NCBI GenBank assembly: GCA_964016885.1
Contig: OZ024741.1
Location: forward strand, 140,740,001-140,804,000
Direction: 5' to 3'
Source: Eledone cirrhosa
Lineage: Eukaryota
DNA length: 64,000 nucleotides
The translations under genes and the position numbers were made by a program. Shown here piece after piece: positions 14,013 through 26,726 of this stretch. The notes below the pieces were generated by a model that did no database searches, had not been told where the DNA came from, and saw nothing but the letters and a program-made list of their open reading frames with translations. The stretch's first letter is position 1. Every line of letters begins with the position of its first letter.

Positions 14013-15913
14013 CTACCTTTCCGCTTCCCGGGGTTCGGGTTGCACGACTTCCATGGGGTCGGGGGTGTTGGGTGAAGAGGTGTCTTGTGGTTGTGTGGGG
14101 TCGTCAGTGTGTGGTGGGGTTGGGGTGTTTGGAGTTGTGTTGGGGAGGGGAAGGGGAGGGGGAAAGCTTTTTAGTAGGACGCGGTTTATGGGTTTGACAG
14201 AGGGTGGTCCTACGTCCTCCTTAAAATCCTTTTTTAGTTTTTGGTAGAGGTTCATTGGGATCTTTATTAGTTTTAAATGTGGGTAATTTTCTGACGAAAC
14301 AAAGTTTACACCTTCGGTTTGTACCGAAGGATTATTGTATATGAGCTCATTTAATTTATTATTGTTTCTGTTGATGTAAGTATAGTGTAATGTCTTTTTT
14401 CCGATGGTGTGAGTGTTTCGAAGAGGGGAGGGGCAGGTTTGGTTTTGTTTGTTGCTCGAGGGGTGTTTTCTGTTTTGTTGGATTGTGTTGAGATTTGGGT
14501 GGGGGTTGTTTGTCCTTGTGTGTTTTGCACATGTTTTCTTTTTTTCCTTTTAATCTGTCTGAAGGACTCCGTTTCTTCCTCCGAATTCGTTGGGTTATCT
14601 TCAGTGTTGGAGGGAAGAGGTATGTTTGCTGGTAATGTTTCCGTGTTGGTTTTCTTTGTGGGGGAGATGGATGTCACTATGTTAGACTGTGTTGTGTGTT
14701 GTGTCTGCGGTGGTTGTGTTGTTTTATTGAGTGAGAGGTTGGGTGGGCCTGTATTTTGTTTTGGGGTAATGTGTTGTGACTGTTTGTGTTGTGGTGGTGT
14801 TGTGGTTTTACTGAGGGACGGGTTGGGTGGGACTGAGTTTTGTTGTTTGTTTATCTGTTGTGGTGGTGGTGGTGGAGCTGGTGTTGGTAGCAGGGTTTTC
14901 TGTTTGTTGAGTTGGGGACAAGCGGCCTTCAGGTGCCCTCTGCCTGCACAGATATGGCAGGACGGCCTTCTCCCCTCCACGCTAATGTTTATATACCCGT
15001 GGTCCTCTAATAGGATTCTGTCGGGTATTTGGGCGATGCGTTCAGGCTTCATTTGTACTACCAGCTCTATACCTGTTCCACTGAACGCATTGCCTGTGGT
15101 TTTCCCAATGGAAATCACGTTGTCATTCACTGGATCGATGAAGCCAGCTATGAGCCAGCAGTAGTCCACATCTGGCATCATTGCATCCAGCCATATGCGT
15201 TGAGTTCTTTTCCCCATATAAGATGGATAAAAGGTGAAATTTTTCGAACGAATCGGTGACAAAGCACATTTTTTTGCCGCCGATTCGTTCTTCATGATAA
15301 TTGCTAGGCTTCCATACAGTCTGTCTTTTCTTATGAAAGTGGTTTCATTAAGTACTTCTGTGAGTACTGTTTTGATATCTGCTTGAGAAGGCTGTTCAGG
15401 TTTTTTTGTACTGTTGTTGATGGTCCGAAACTTGACCGTTCGGCTTTCAATGTCTTTCGTGAATTCTTGAGGCATTTTTACGGATAAAATACCATTCTCT
15501 CCTTCACTTATGTATTGTTTGGCGTCCGTGATCCTTCGTACCACATCTGAAATGTTTTCCGCTATATAAGTCAAAGATTTCTTTGTTTTCTGTGCAAATG
15601 AAATCTTGTCGTCTGCTTTGTTTTCTGATATGGTGTTATTTTCAACTGTTATTTTTGTGTTTGTTGTGTCTTTGTTTGTGTTATTAGTATTGTCATGCAA
15701 TTTTTCAAATTTTTTTTTTTCGTTGTTGGAATCCAAGTCCAGATTTGTGTTTTCGTCATTTAATTTTTTCTCCGCAGATTCGTCTGTTTTTATTTTAATT
15801 TTTCCTTCCTTCTCTATGACGTTAGTTGGGAAGGAAGGGAGGACTAAAGCGTGCGAGCTTACAACTCTTACCGCTGTCCCCCCACCACTATTTTCGTTCG
15901 CTGCGTTTAACAT
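14013..15913 (-). pseudogene. Tx1 ORF1, gag-like with CCHC zinc knuckle, broken near 14300
   Basis: CHICAGRGHLKAAC knuckle followed by a Pro/Thr/Gln-rich region. Lies directly upstream of ORF2. Confidence 0.85.
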
Positions 15914-16145
15914 TTCTGTTAGACGATTGAAATTTTTTACACAAAATTTTTTAAAACAGGTTTTTCACCTCTAGGAGGGGTGAAGATGAGCTGACCCACC
16001 GCCTGACAGTTCAGACGGAGGGTCAAGCTACACAATTGTATCAAAATTAAGTTTGAACTCACAAAATTTCCTCAATAAATTTGAACAAAACTTCTGTGCG
16101 AAGTGAATGACATCCACACTGTAGAACAGACGACAACTAGATTGA

Positions 16146-16465
16146 TTCGATAGATACATAGATAGATAGATAGATACAGAGATACAGCGATAGATAGCTA
16201 GATACAAACACACATACATACATACACACATACATACATACACGCATGCATACAGACACGCACGCATGCATACATACATACATACATACATACATACATA
16301 CATACATACATACATACATACATACATGCATACATACATACATGCATACATACATACATACATACATACATACATACATACATACATACATACATACATA
16401 CATACATACATACATACATACATACATACATACGTATATACATACATACATATATACATACATAG
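16146..16465. repeat. (GATA)n/(CATA)n compound microsatellite
   Basis: Read directly from the sequence. Confidence 0.95.
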
Positions 16466-19040
16466 AGAGCAACTTCACACGACACCAGGAAGACCTAAAG
16501 AAAAGTTAGAGAGACGATTTGGAAATACAAAAATTAAAATTTGAACTCCAAATTACCCCAGTTGCAACAACAACTCACAGCTACAACAGAAAGACTAAAA
16601 TATAAGTCAACAGCACATAAACGACAAGTGCTAAATAGATTGTTTGCCAGAGATTCTAAATCAGTTTATCGCAGCTTCGGTGGCAAAAGCACAATCCCTG
16701 TAAATTACACCCCTTCAAAAGACCAGGTTGAGAGCTACTGGAGATCTGTGTGGGAAACGGATGACGGATTCAACAGACAAACTAATTGGCTAATAGAACT
16801 GAAACAGGACTACTGCCAACATGTCCAGACAAAACAATATGACATAGATGGGTCAATACTGGAAACAGCTCTACAGAAAATGTCGAATAGGAAATCACCA
16901 GGCCCAGACCTCATTACAGGATAATGGTTGAAGAATGTCACTTTCTATCGGCAAGATCTCATACGGCTGTTTACAGAAACCATTAAGGGCACACAAGAAT
17001 TTCCCAGATGGTTATCAACTCCCCAAAATAGTCAAACCGCCCAATAGCCTGCCAGAACATCATGTATAAATTATATACTGGGTGCCTTAACCTGTTCTTA
17101 CAGGATCACTGTGCTACCAACAGCATCATAACACCTGAGCAAGCTGGTGGAAAGAGGGAGGTGTGGGCTTGCATAGATCACCTACTAACTAATAAAATGA
17201 TTCAAGAAAAACAACAAAGAATCGCAGAAACATGACTGTGGTGTGGCTGGACTATCAAAAAGCATTTGATAGTGTACCTCATGGGTGGATTGTTAAGGCT
17301 TTACAGTTAGCCAAAGTCCCACAACTACTGGTAGCTGCTGTTGAACGTCTGACCAAGAACTGGTACACCAATTTGATCCTTAGAGGTGAGAAAGAGCAAG
17401 TTAAGACTGATACGATACATTACCAGAAGGGCATCTTTCAGGGTGACAATACAACCTCTACAGTCAGGTGACAACTACAGATATCTTGTACAGCGTGAGA
17501 ATGTCAGATATGATGGACTCATAAATAAGGAGAGAACCAGAACTGAATACCTCAGAAGAGTAAAAGAAAATATGGTCATCAGAACTGTCAGCGTACAACA
17601 AATACATTGCCCACAATACTTATGCTGTGTCAATTCTAACGCCAACATTTGGCCTGCTGAACTGGTCATTGCAAGAACTAAGTGAGATGAATGTTAGAAC
17701 TCGCAAACTTCTCAGTGTTACTGGGAACTTTAACATCAATGGTGATGTGGATAGGCTATACTTCTCACGCAAGGAAGGTGGCCTGGGTCTAAAATCCATA
17801 TTAACATCTTATGAGACCCGGATAGTAACACTGAAGCAACACCTTCAACAGAGGCAAAAGGTTGGCAACCATCTGGCCCAGGTTTATGAGCATGAAAAAA
17901 AATATATCATTAGAATAGCCACTGATCTGGAGGAGAGATATGGAATAAAGCCTGATATAAATCTCTCACCCAGAGAAATCGGAAGATCCTATTCAATGTT
18001 CAAACAAGATGAAAAAATTGACCAATTTACAGAAGAAGTTGTGCATGGATACTTGAGACGTAAAACTCAGACCATAGAGGGGATAAACCACTCAAAAAGC
18101 CTGGCATGGAACTCCGACAAGTTTATGACATCACACCTTGAGGGATATCTCTATGCAATACAGGAACTCCCTACCAAATATCTGCTGCACAAAATGGGAG
18201 GGCCATTAGCTGACAATAAATGTAGGCTATGTAAAACAAAGATCGAGGATGTAAGCCACATTGTTGCCAGCTGCGAAAGAATGTCATCTCGCTACTACCT
18301 CCCCATGAGACACAATGGGATAGCTAGAACCATCTGGAACGCACTTCGGAATACAAAATTAACAACAAACGAGGAAGAATATATTGAGACAGATGGCACT
18401 AAGGAATACTGGTGGAACCTGAAAATAAAAACTGCCACCAAATTAAAGCACAACCGGCCTGATATTGTTGTTTGGGACCACACATTGAAAACGTGTTCTG
18501 TTGTGGAGATCAGCTGCCCACTTGATGTAAACGTTGTCAGAAAAATACAGGAGAAGGAGGACATCTACGGACCATTGATGAGGAGTTTACAAATCCAGTA
18601 TCCAAGATAAACCTTTAGCTTTATACCCATCATTATTGGAGTTATGGGTTATATACCAACCCGTTTGGACCAAAGTATGACTGAACTTGGATTTGCGGAC
18701 AAAGAGCGCAGCTCCCTAATTCATAGTCTACAAATGGCTGCGATAGCTGGCACCTTCAAAATTTGCAAAACATTCTTGCGATTCAAGGGATGACAATTTC
18801 TTTTCTTTTACAACCTTGCCACAAGGAAGGTGGCCGGTCAAAAAAATATACTCGAAATTTTGAGAAAGAGATGACATACACATTTTCACCTGTGGTTACT
18901 AGGACCCTGTGATATATTATTAACTGCCTCAGTACAAATCTTGAAACAGAAAGAACACAACTATTTAGGAAATTACAAGTACAATCCATTAATGGAACAG
19001 TAAAAATATATAAATCATTCCAAAAATTCTGCATCTAATA
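16466..19040 (+). mobile_element. R4/Dong-like LINE with restriction-like endonuclease, 5'-truncated and decayed
   Basis: KSPGPD, WLDYQKAFDSVPH, KGIFQGD followed by a deletion removing the YxDD region, RLY..RKEGG.GL, CRLC..EDVSHIVASC, RH, HNRPDIV, EISCP. 3' boundary approximate. Confidence 0.85.
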
Positions 19041-19989
19041 ACTGAATGTACAGATACAAAATATATGCATATGCACACATATAACTCGAAACAAACACAT
19101 CCAGACATACACAAATATCCATGCCCGTACACACACACACGCATGCAGACAAGCATACATATCTACATAGTCGATATCTAAATTAGAATGAAAGTGATTG
19201 TGACTTGTAGAAACCGACTTTCTCTCTCTATTGGTAAACATATATAAAATTATAAAACTAAAGAACATATATACGTACATAGATGTGTAAGTGAGCATGT
19301 GTTCATGTTCCGGAACATATCGCCACGTCAAAAAGAATTTGATATAAAAGACGTGAAAGAAAAAACGTCATTGGGTAGACATGTTCGTCTAAATCAAGGC
19401 TGTGGTTTAATTATTAAAACAGTAGAATAATCACCTGATATTTAGGCGCATAGGGTGCAACGATATTTTACATAGATAATACTTTACATACTCCATGTAT
19501 TTACATAATAAAGAGTATGGATCTTTTTGTTGATAGTTTGTCTATAAAGAGCTATTTTGTCGGAACGGTGTTTTACATAATCCATATATTTACATAATAC
19601 TGAATAACAGATATATATTCAATCTATTTCTGTAGAGAGCTATTTCGTTACCAAAGATAAATTTGATTGTGATTTATTGAAAGAAGAGAAGGAATTCAAA
19701 CTTGGCGATTATTGAAAGCAAACGAAAAAGAAAACAAAATGAATGCTGGGGACGTTTACGTGAGTAGGTTTAAACTGATCAGTAGTCGGGTGATATTCCC
19801 AAAAGAATCAGTTATTCCTCCTTATATCGCCAACCAGCGCCACAAGATATACGTACCACATTAACATATACGATGAAATATGTCAGCTTAGAAATGTTGC
19901 ATTGTTTTTTTTATATCTGCAGTTGATTTTTTTTTCTCCTTCGAATGTTGCTTCTTCGTCTTCACCTTCTTAGTCTTGATGAGAAGGAG

Positions 19990-20014
19990 TATGATGATGA
20001 TCATCATCATCATC

Positions 20015-20078
<64 letters not shown>

Positions 20079-20086
20079 TAGTAGTA

Positions 20087-20156
<70 letters not shown>

Positions 20157-20170
20157 CACTGCTACTACTA
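19990..20170. repeat. Compound trinucleotide microsatellite (GAT)(CAT)(ATT)n(AGT)n(ACT)
   Basis: Read directly. Explains the poly-I/S/L/V ORFs. Confidence 0.95.
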
Positions 20171-20389
20171 CTTTTACTACTAGACTGTTATTCTACTTCG
20201 TCTATCACTACAACGTTTCATTCCACTACTTTTCTATCTTTTTTCTATTAATATTAAAAACATATCATCCTAATGCGATGGAACTGTTTTCCACTGCACA
20301 ATATTTCAATAGGATTTGACAGGATATGTTAAAAACACGATAGAATATAAATAACTTTTAAACAGGGGTGCGCGAGCGTGTGTGGGTTG

Positions 20390-20740
20390 AACATCCGTCG
20401 GTTACAACGATGAGTACCTTGGTTATTACGGTCAACAGAAAAGACTAACTATAAAATCAAATGCCAGTGGCTGAGCATTCCACTGAAACATGTACCTATA
20501 TTTTCGCTCTTTGGGATATTCACGATGTAGCAAAACCCTGGTCTGTTGGATTATAGGTACAGCAACATTTTTTATAGCTAAATAGATTGAATTTACGAGA
20601 ATAAATTGTCTTACTAAATGGATTGAATTGACGAGAATTGAATTGTCTTACTCAAGAGGAAAACGCCCGGCTGGGAATTACACACAAGATCTTATAATCG
20701 TATGACGAACACGCTAACCATTAAGCTACACATCTTCACA
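20390..20740 (-). mobile_element. Old tRNA-SINE of a second family
   Basis: tgtcttactcaag...gggaattacac...gctaaccattaagcta is a reversed tRNA-like head. Similar remnants near 46030-46260 (+) and 63795-63900 (-). Confidence 0.5.
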
Positions 20741-21404
20741 CGCAGGGTTTAACCCATGCTGTGACAAGGATGTATGTAAACAAAAACATTTGTGTATGTT
20801 AATATATTCATATCATTATTTCGTATACCAAGAAAGATAATAATTTCATATATATATATATATAAACGATCAAATATTATCGCTAGCAACACCGCTACGC
20901 ATAGTATATGGCTACACAAAAGAATTTAGGATATTCGGATTAGAAAATGATGTCAAAATTATGAGAATCATTGAAAAAATTAGAATTATTCAAGATAAGG
21001 TAATGTTAGTAGATTAATTAAACCAATAGAAACTTCAATTTCTTGTGACCAAATGACTAGGAAATATTAAAGTGAAAGAATATTTTTCGAAAGAATAAAG
21101 TAAACACCGTTACAACAACGCATACGAAGTCGTGATAAAATAATCCACTGAAGTACAACAAATTTGCTATAGACACAGAAGGAATCGCTACACTGGCTGA
21201 GGTAAGCAAGTCTCAATGCTATGACTGGAAGATGTTTATCGTGGCACATACTCAAAATCAATACATTTGAAGCCTTCTATATCTTGTAATGAATCAAAAT
21301 ATATTATTCAAATCTAGAATAAGAGACTGGTATGATAAAGAAAGTGATGGGGTTGTTTTGGCAGCTATCTACAGATATTGAGGTTTGTGACAATGCTTCC
21401 CACT

Positions 21405-23065
21405 TTATCACATAGGTCGCTGCCAGTTTTGTGGGCTACTTTTGGCTTTAGGTAGCCACAAGTTGCAGATATCTAGATGGTGATCAGCACGTCTCTTAAC
21501 ACGAATATGTAGCACAGGATCATAAAGATCAGAGACAATTGCAAAATCAATTATTGGTTTCTGTCCCTGATTCCCCTTATACCGTGTATATTTATGGATG
21601 TCTCTGTGCTGGAAGAAGGTGTTCATAATAGAGAATCGATTGCTATGACAGAAGTCTAGCAAGGCCTTTCCATTCGTACATAGATGAGGATCGCCATTCA
21701 ATCCAATCATTCGTTTCCATGTCAGGTTATCAGTGCCAACATGTGCATTGAAGTCTCCCATTAGAGATGCACCTCTCTTCAGAGATGTGCATCCTCGTGA
21801 GGTGGAGATAATACTTTGCTAATCTCCTAAACCCGATCACAACATCTTCGGGTGTACACTAGGTGCATCTGGGAGCAGTGACTAATCTCTCGGAGGCTGG
21901 GGTCGCATGAGCAGTTAAAGAGCTCAAATGTGGAAAAGCCGCTGGGCAAGATGTAATCCGGTCCGGGATGTTAAAAGCCTTAAATAGAGAAGGAATTATG
22001 TGTCTGACTCGTGTGTGCCATGGATCTCTGGAAGGACACCTAAGTAATGGCAATCGGGAGTGATAATCCCAATTTTCAAGTGGTGTGACGAGAGATTGTT
22101 TGAATTGCAGAGGGATCTCCTTGTTAAAACTCTCCGTAAATATTTGGCTAGGTGTACGGCAAAGAGATACAGGAAGACTTTCGAGTCCAAGCTCGCTGAT
22201 GAATGGTGTGGCTTTCACCCCGGATGCAACACAGCCAACGAAATATTCACACTGCGGCAGATATTCGATAAATTGTGGGAGTATTGCCAAGAAGTATATT
22301 TTCTTATATTGGCGACCTCGAGAAGGCATATAACCGCATTCCCTGGGACCTGCCGTGGAGGCTATGCAGGAGTATGGGATTGATGGTCAGTTTCTTGCTG
22401 CCCTTATGTCTCTATGCGAATGCCTGAGTATTTGTGTTCGGATAAATGGTGCTAAATCACAACCATTCAATGTGGGAGTCGGACGCCGCCAAGGTTACAT
22501 ACTGTCTGAATTAAGTGCAAGAATGTCTGAATAGAGTGCAAGATTTATATAAGATGGCCCAGCAATGCGCCAGCTTCAGCATTCAGTAAACAGAAGAAGA
22601 GAGGTAGGTGTAAAAGCCAAACTCGCTATCTTCAATTCGGTTTTCGTGCCAACCCTTACCCATGAATATTGGGTAATTACCGAAAGAATACGATCGCGAA
22701 TACAAGCGGCCGAAATTGGTTTCTTTGGAGTAACGCTATTCCATAAAGTGCATAGCTCTGAGATAAGAGAGTCACTCCAGATAGAGCCGCTGCTTCGCCG
22801 AATTGGGAGATTACAGCTCCGAATCTATGGGCAAGTGGTTAGAATGTCTCAAGAAAGAATAACTGTACAGATTTTATGAGCAAGACCAGCCGGCAAGAGA
22901 CCCAGGGGTAGACCACGAGCAAGATGGTTGGATAACATCCGAGAGCTTGGCTGGTCAGCTGGAGACGATTGATTTCTTACATGACCCGCTTGAAGGAGTG
23001 TTTGAGTACTCTACCCCCACGACCCTCTCAGGAATAAGTGGGTGAAGAGGAAGATGAGAAGACGT
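21405..23065 (+). mobile_element. RTE-clade (Rex3/Expander-like) LINE with an inverted 5' segment
   Basis: APE fragment on - (MGDFNAHVG, IMNTFFQH, IDFAIV). RT on + (GKAAGQD, NCRGISLL, CGFHPG, KAKLAIF, TERIRSRIQAAE, GKRPRGRPR). Many disablements. Confidence 0.85.
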
Positions 23066-23550
23066 GTGTGTCAATAGTCTGTAATACCAGCGGATTGAAG
23101 TCACTTTAGAAAATATATCACAAATAAGCTGCGACCTCAAGCGTAAGGACACCAAGGTTAAGCGCTGAATAATGTTGTAAATTTTGACCTACAGATGATA
23201 ATGTATCTTTAAAATATATAGTGATATTGCCTATTATCCATTTATATACATTTTGGAATAGAGAATACTAGGTGGTGGAATCTTAAAAGAGAAACATTCC
23301 TGATTATAAAAGAGGCTTTGGAAAGATGTAGAAAACGTGCAGACACGTAACTTAAAACGTAGACTTCTGTCACACTTGCAAAATAAAAAAGAAAAAACAA
23401 TGCACATGGCCCAGCTACAAAATATTTCTCTCGAGCATACTGTGAAAGTTAACAATAAAAACGACACTCCTTAGCAAAGATAATAATGAAAATAATGAAA
23501 ATGAGGAGGATTATAATAGATGTGAATAAGAATCGGACAGGTAAAAAATT

Positions 23551-23797
23551 AATAATTGTTTCTACTTTAGGCACAAGGCCAGCAACTACCCAGTACATTA
23601 CTGGTACTTTATTTTATCGACCCCGTAAGGATGAAAGGCAAAGTCGACCTCGGCGGGATTTGAACTCAGAATGGAAAGAGCCGTAACTCTATGCGTCAAA
23701 GCATGGTGTCTAACCCTCTACCGATACTGCCAATCCACTGCACTTGTAATTAATAATTGTTTCTACTTTTTGGCACAAGGCCAGCAATTACCCAGTA
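23551..23797 (-). mobile_element. tRNA-derived SINE plus a partial second 3' end
   Basis: Reverse complement of the SINE consensus. 3' end repeated at 23752-23797. Confidence 0.9.
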
Positions 23798-25170
23798 ATA
23801 ATGAAAGCTAATGACACAGGACAAAAATATAATTAGAGAAAAAACAATTCTAATTTAGCTGCATAATTATTGACATCATATTCTGTGTTGTCACTCAAAG
23901 AAAATATTGTCTTTGGTTGGTGCGATAATTATTATTACAGTCTCCGGCATCAGGTGTTGGATTGCAGATAGAAAACTTTTGTTGTTTTCATCAGCAGAGC
24001 TGAACTTTGTCTATCGTCATAGTTGCTATATTCATAAACAAAACCAGGAATCATTAACAGAATGTCATTCATTCATTAATCATATTTTAATTATCTCGTC
24101 AAGAAGGATACTACTTGTTATGTGGAAAAAGTGCAAATGAGCCGATCATGCGATCAAACAAAGGAAACAAAGTTTCCATTGTTCTTACCCTTGTTGATAT
24201 TATTTATCGCTCACAATTTCAGAGCAGGTAGTAGTTAAACACAGATCGCAAAGAATCCGTCCCATTTTACCATTTCACCACCCCTGGTGCTGTAAATTAT
24301 CAATCGGCTCGGCAATTATAAAATGCCGAATTGATTACGGTAGTATGAACAAATATTGAGTCATATTAATCTGACACTCTGAGGCATCTGCCATTTCACA
24401 GCATGCGTATATATACATATGAAAGGCCAGAATAAAACACTGCAGGTACCCTAAGAAATACCTCAAAGCTGTCCGCCCAAAATATCAGGTGGCAAGAAGA
24501 TATAAAAATACAAGGAAAGAAGCAATAATTATGATTAGAAAAGAATATAAGAAGAGAAGATATATCTTAGAAATCAACGCACAAATCTCACAAAATTACA
24601 CAAAATTATATAGAGATATACACAGGAAAAACACAGAAAATTAAATGAAAATTAAATAAAAATGAAATGCAGTGCTCCCCCAAACGTACGATAAGAGGGC
24701 CTTTACACCATTGCACCTCAGCGGAGATTTCTAATTTTTTAACGATAGAAACTGAAGTCAAATCTTACAAAGCACCGGTCAAGGATTCAGTAAATGACGT
24801 TTTGGTCGTGCGTTTGTATATATAAAGAGAGTAAGAGAGGGAGAGAGAGAAGAGAGAAACAGAGAGAGATGGAGCGAGAGAGAGAGAGGGGGTTACAAGA
24901 TTATGTGCGCATGGACACATACAAATTGTATGTATATGTATTTATATATATATAAAATATAATCAATTCATTTAAAAAATTTTCCGCAACATCCTATGAA
25001 GAAAATATACAATCGTGAGTCATTTCGGGTATCAGACTGGAACTAGCTGTTGAAGCGGCAAGAGCTGAGCCGCCGGGTCCCCACTCTTTATAACATAGCC
25101 ACCCTCTACTACTCGAAGCATCATGTTGTCTGTTGAGTAATGGTCTAATTAATTTGAAACTGGTTATATC

Positions 25171-25211
<41 letters not shown>

Positions 25212-25266
25212 TCGTATATATACATATGTACATATATATATATAAATATATATATATGTACATATA

Positions 25267-25527
25267 TATAAACGTTTGTATATGTATAATAAAGCCAAAA
25301 CAATGCAGGTATGGGCATAGAATAAAGGATGCAAATGCAAAAGATATTGTTGACAATTAGTCTTTTACCTTAGAATAAATCTAAGGTAAAAGACTAATTG
25401 TCAACAATATCTTTTGCATTTGCATTCTTTATTCTATGTCCATACCTGCATTGTTTTGGCTTTATTATACATATACAAACGTTTATACCTCATTACACAA
25501 TGCTTCAAGTGAACTATAACCTGCTCC
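25267..25527. mobile_element. Fold-back mini-PLE: 108-bp arms, 5-nt loop, 40-nt tail
   Basis: 25267-25374 pairs with 25380-25487 with about 2 mismatches. Tail 25488-25527 is nearly identical to 33702-33741 (rc). Embedded in (TA)n. Confidence 0.85.
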
Positions 25528-25580
<53 letters not shown>

Positions 25581-25629
25581 AAGAATGAATAATAACAGGT
25601 AGACATCATAAAAAGGGATAATCCTATAC

Positions 25630-25710
<81 letters not shown>

Positions 25711-25714
25711 GTAC

Positions 25715-25745
<31 letters not shown>

Positions 25746-25772
25746 CATACATATATATACGCTTATATGTAC

Positions 25773-25847
<75 letters not shown>

Positions 25848-25929
25848 CATATATATATATATATATATACATTTATATATATAATCATATATATATATAC
25901 ATATATATATATATCTATATATATATATA

Positions 25930-26668
25930 CGGGGTAACAAATAATGGTTAAATGCAGTCCACTTAGGTATAGTCCAGTTATGGTATTCCAGGTAGTGGAT
26001 GATATTAACGCTAGGCTTGGTTTGACTCAACAAGGCGCTTTCATAGTGATGCTGCGGGTATGCCGTAATTCCTATGTTGTAAACAATTGGAGTAATAATA
26101 AATCAGGAAAGAAGGTTGACATGGTTTGCTATACAAAAAAAAAGGTTTTTAATCTCATAGCTGACAATTGTTTCTCTGAACTGGTAGGTCTAGAGATCGC
26201 TATTCGCTTATTTTCACGTTACTCGATCGCCAATACAAAATTATAACCAGTCAGATCTTCGGAGCATGCGAGAATGAAGAGAATACACAGGCAAGGAAAG
26301 AATATACAGGCTACTATATGAAGTAGTAATGGCATTCAATTAGAACAATAACAACAATTACAACAATGCTATTAATAAATTATTTGAGGAGACCCTGACA
26401 CTATTTAGGTGGGGGGGTATAATGTATCTAACATTACGGCGTGTAAAACTAGCTGTCATGAGGCAAAAGTAAGAGTTTGGCATGTACAGAGTATAGAAGT
26501 GTGTATCAATTTTAAATTATAAAGATAAGCCAGTGTTTACAGTCTTTCTTTTCATCTTCAATAGCATACATGAGTGGGACAACACTGTCAAAGCTAAATA
26601 GTTGTTGAGTTAATACAGAGGTTAACGAAGTAATATACGCATATATTTACACACACACACACACACAT

Positions 26669-26726
<58 letters not shown>

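Larger units (their letters stand above)
10330..16145 (-). mobile_element. Full-length Tx1/L1-clade non-LTR retrotransposon
   Basis: ORF1 and ORF2, AATAAA near the 3' end (about 10334-10339 on -), 22-bp TSD ttcgatagatacatagatagat at 10308-10329 and 16146-16167. Confidence 0.92.

Noticed and set aside
10840-15974. Alternative-frame and antisense ORFs inside the Tx1 element (also 37484-38347)
   Set aside because: Shadows of GC-rich or strand-biased coding sequence.
16028-16544. Long ORFs of MYVC/HTYI/YI repeats (also at 25.5-26, 33.2-33.8, 36.7-37.3, 40.7-41.5 and 55-58 kb)
   Set aside because: Translations of microsatellites.
24995-25170. GC-rich hairpin with cccGAAAtgacTC on the minus strand
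   Set aside because: No CUGANGA-type core or stem I. Probably a decayed pLTR piece, but I cannot support it.
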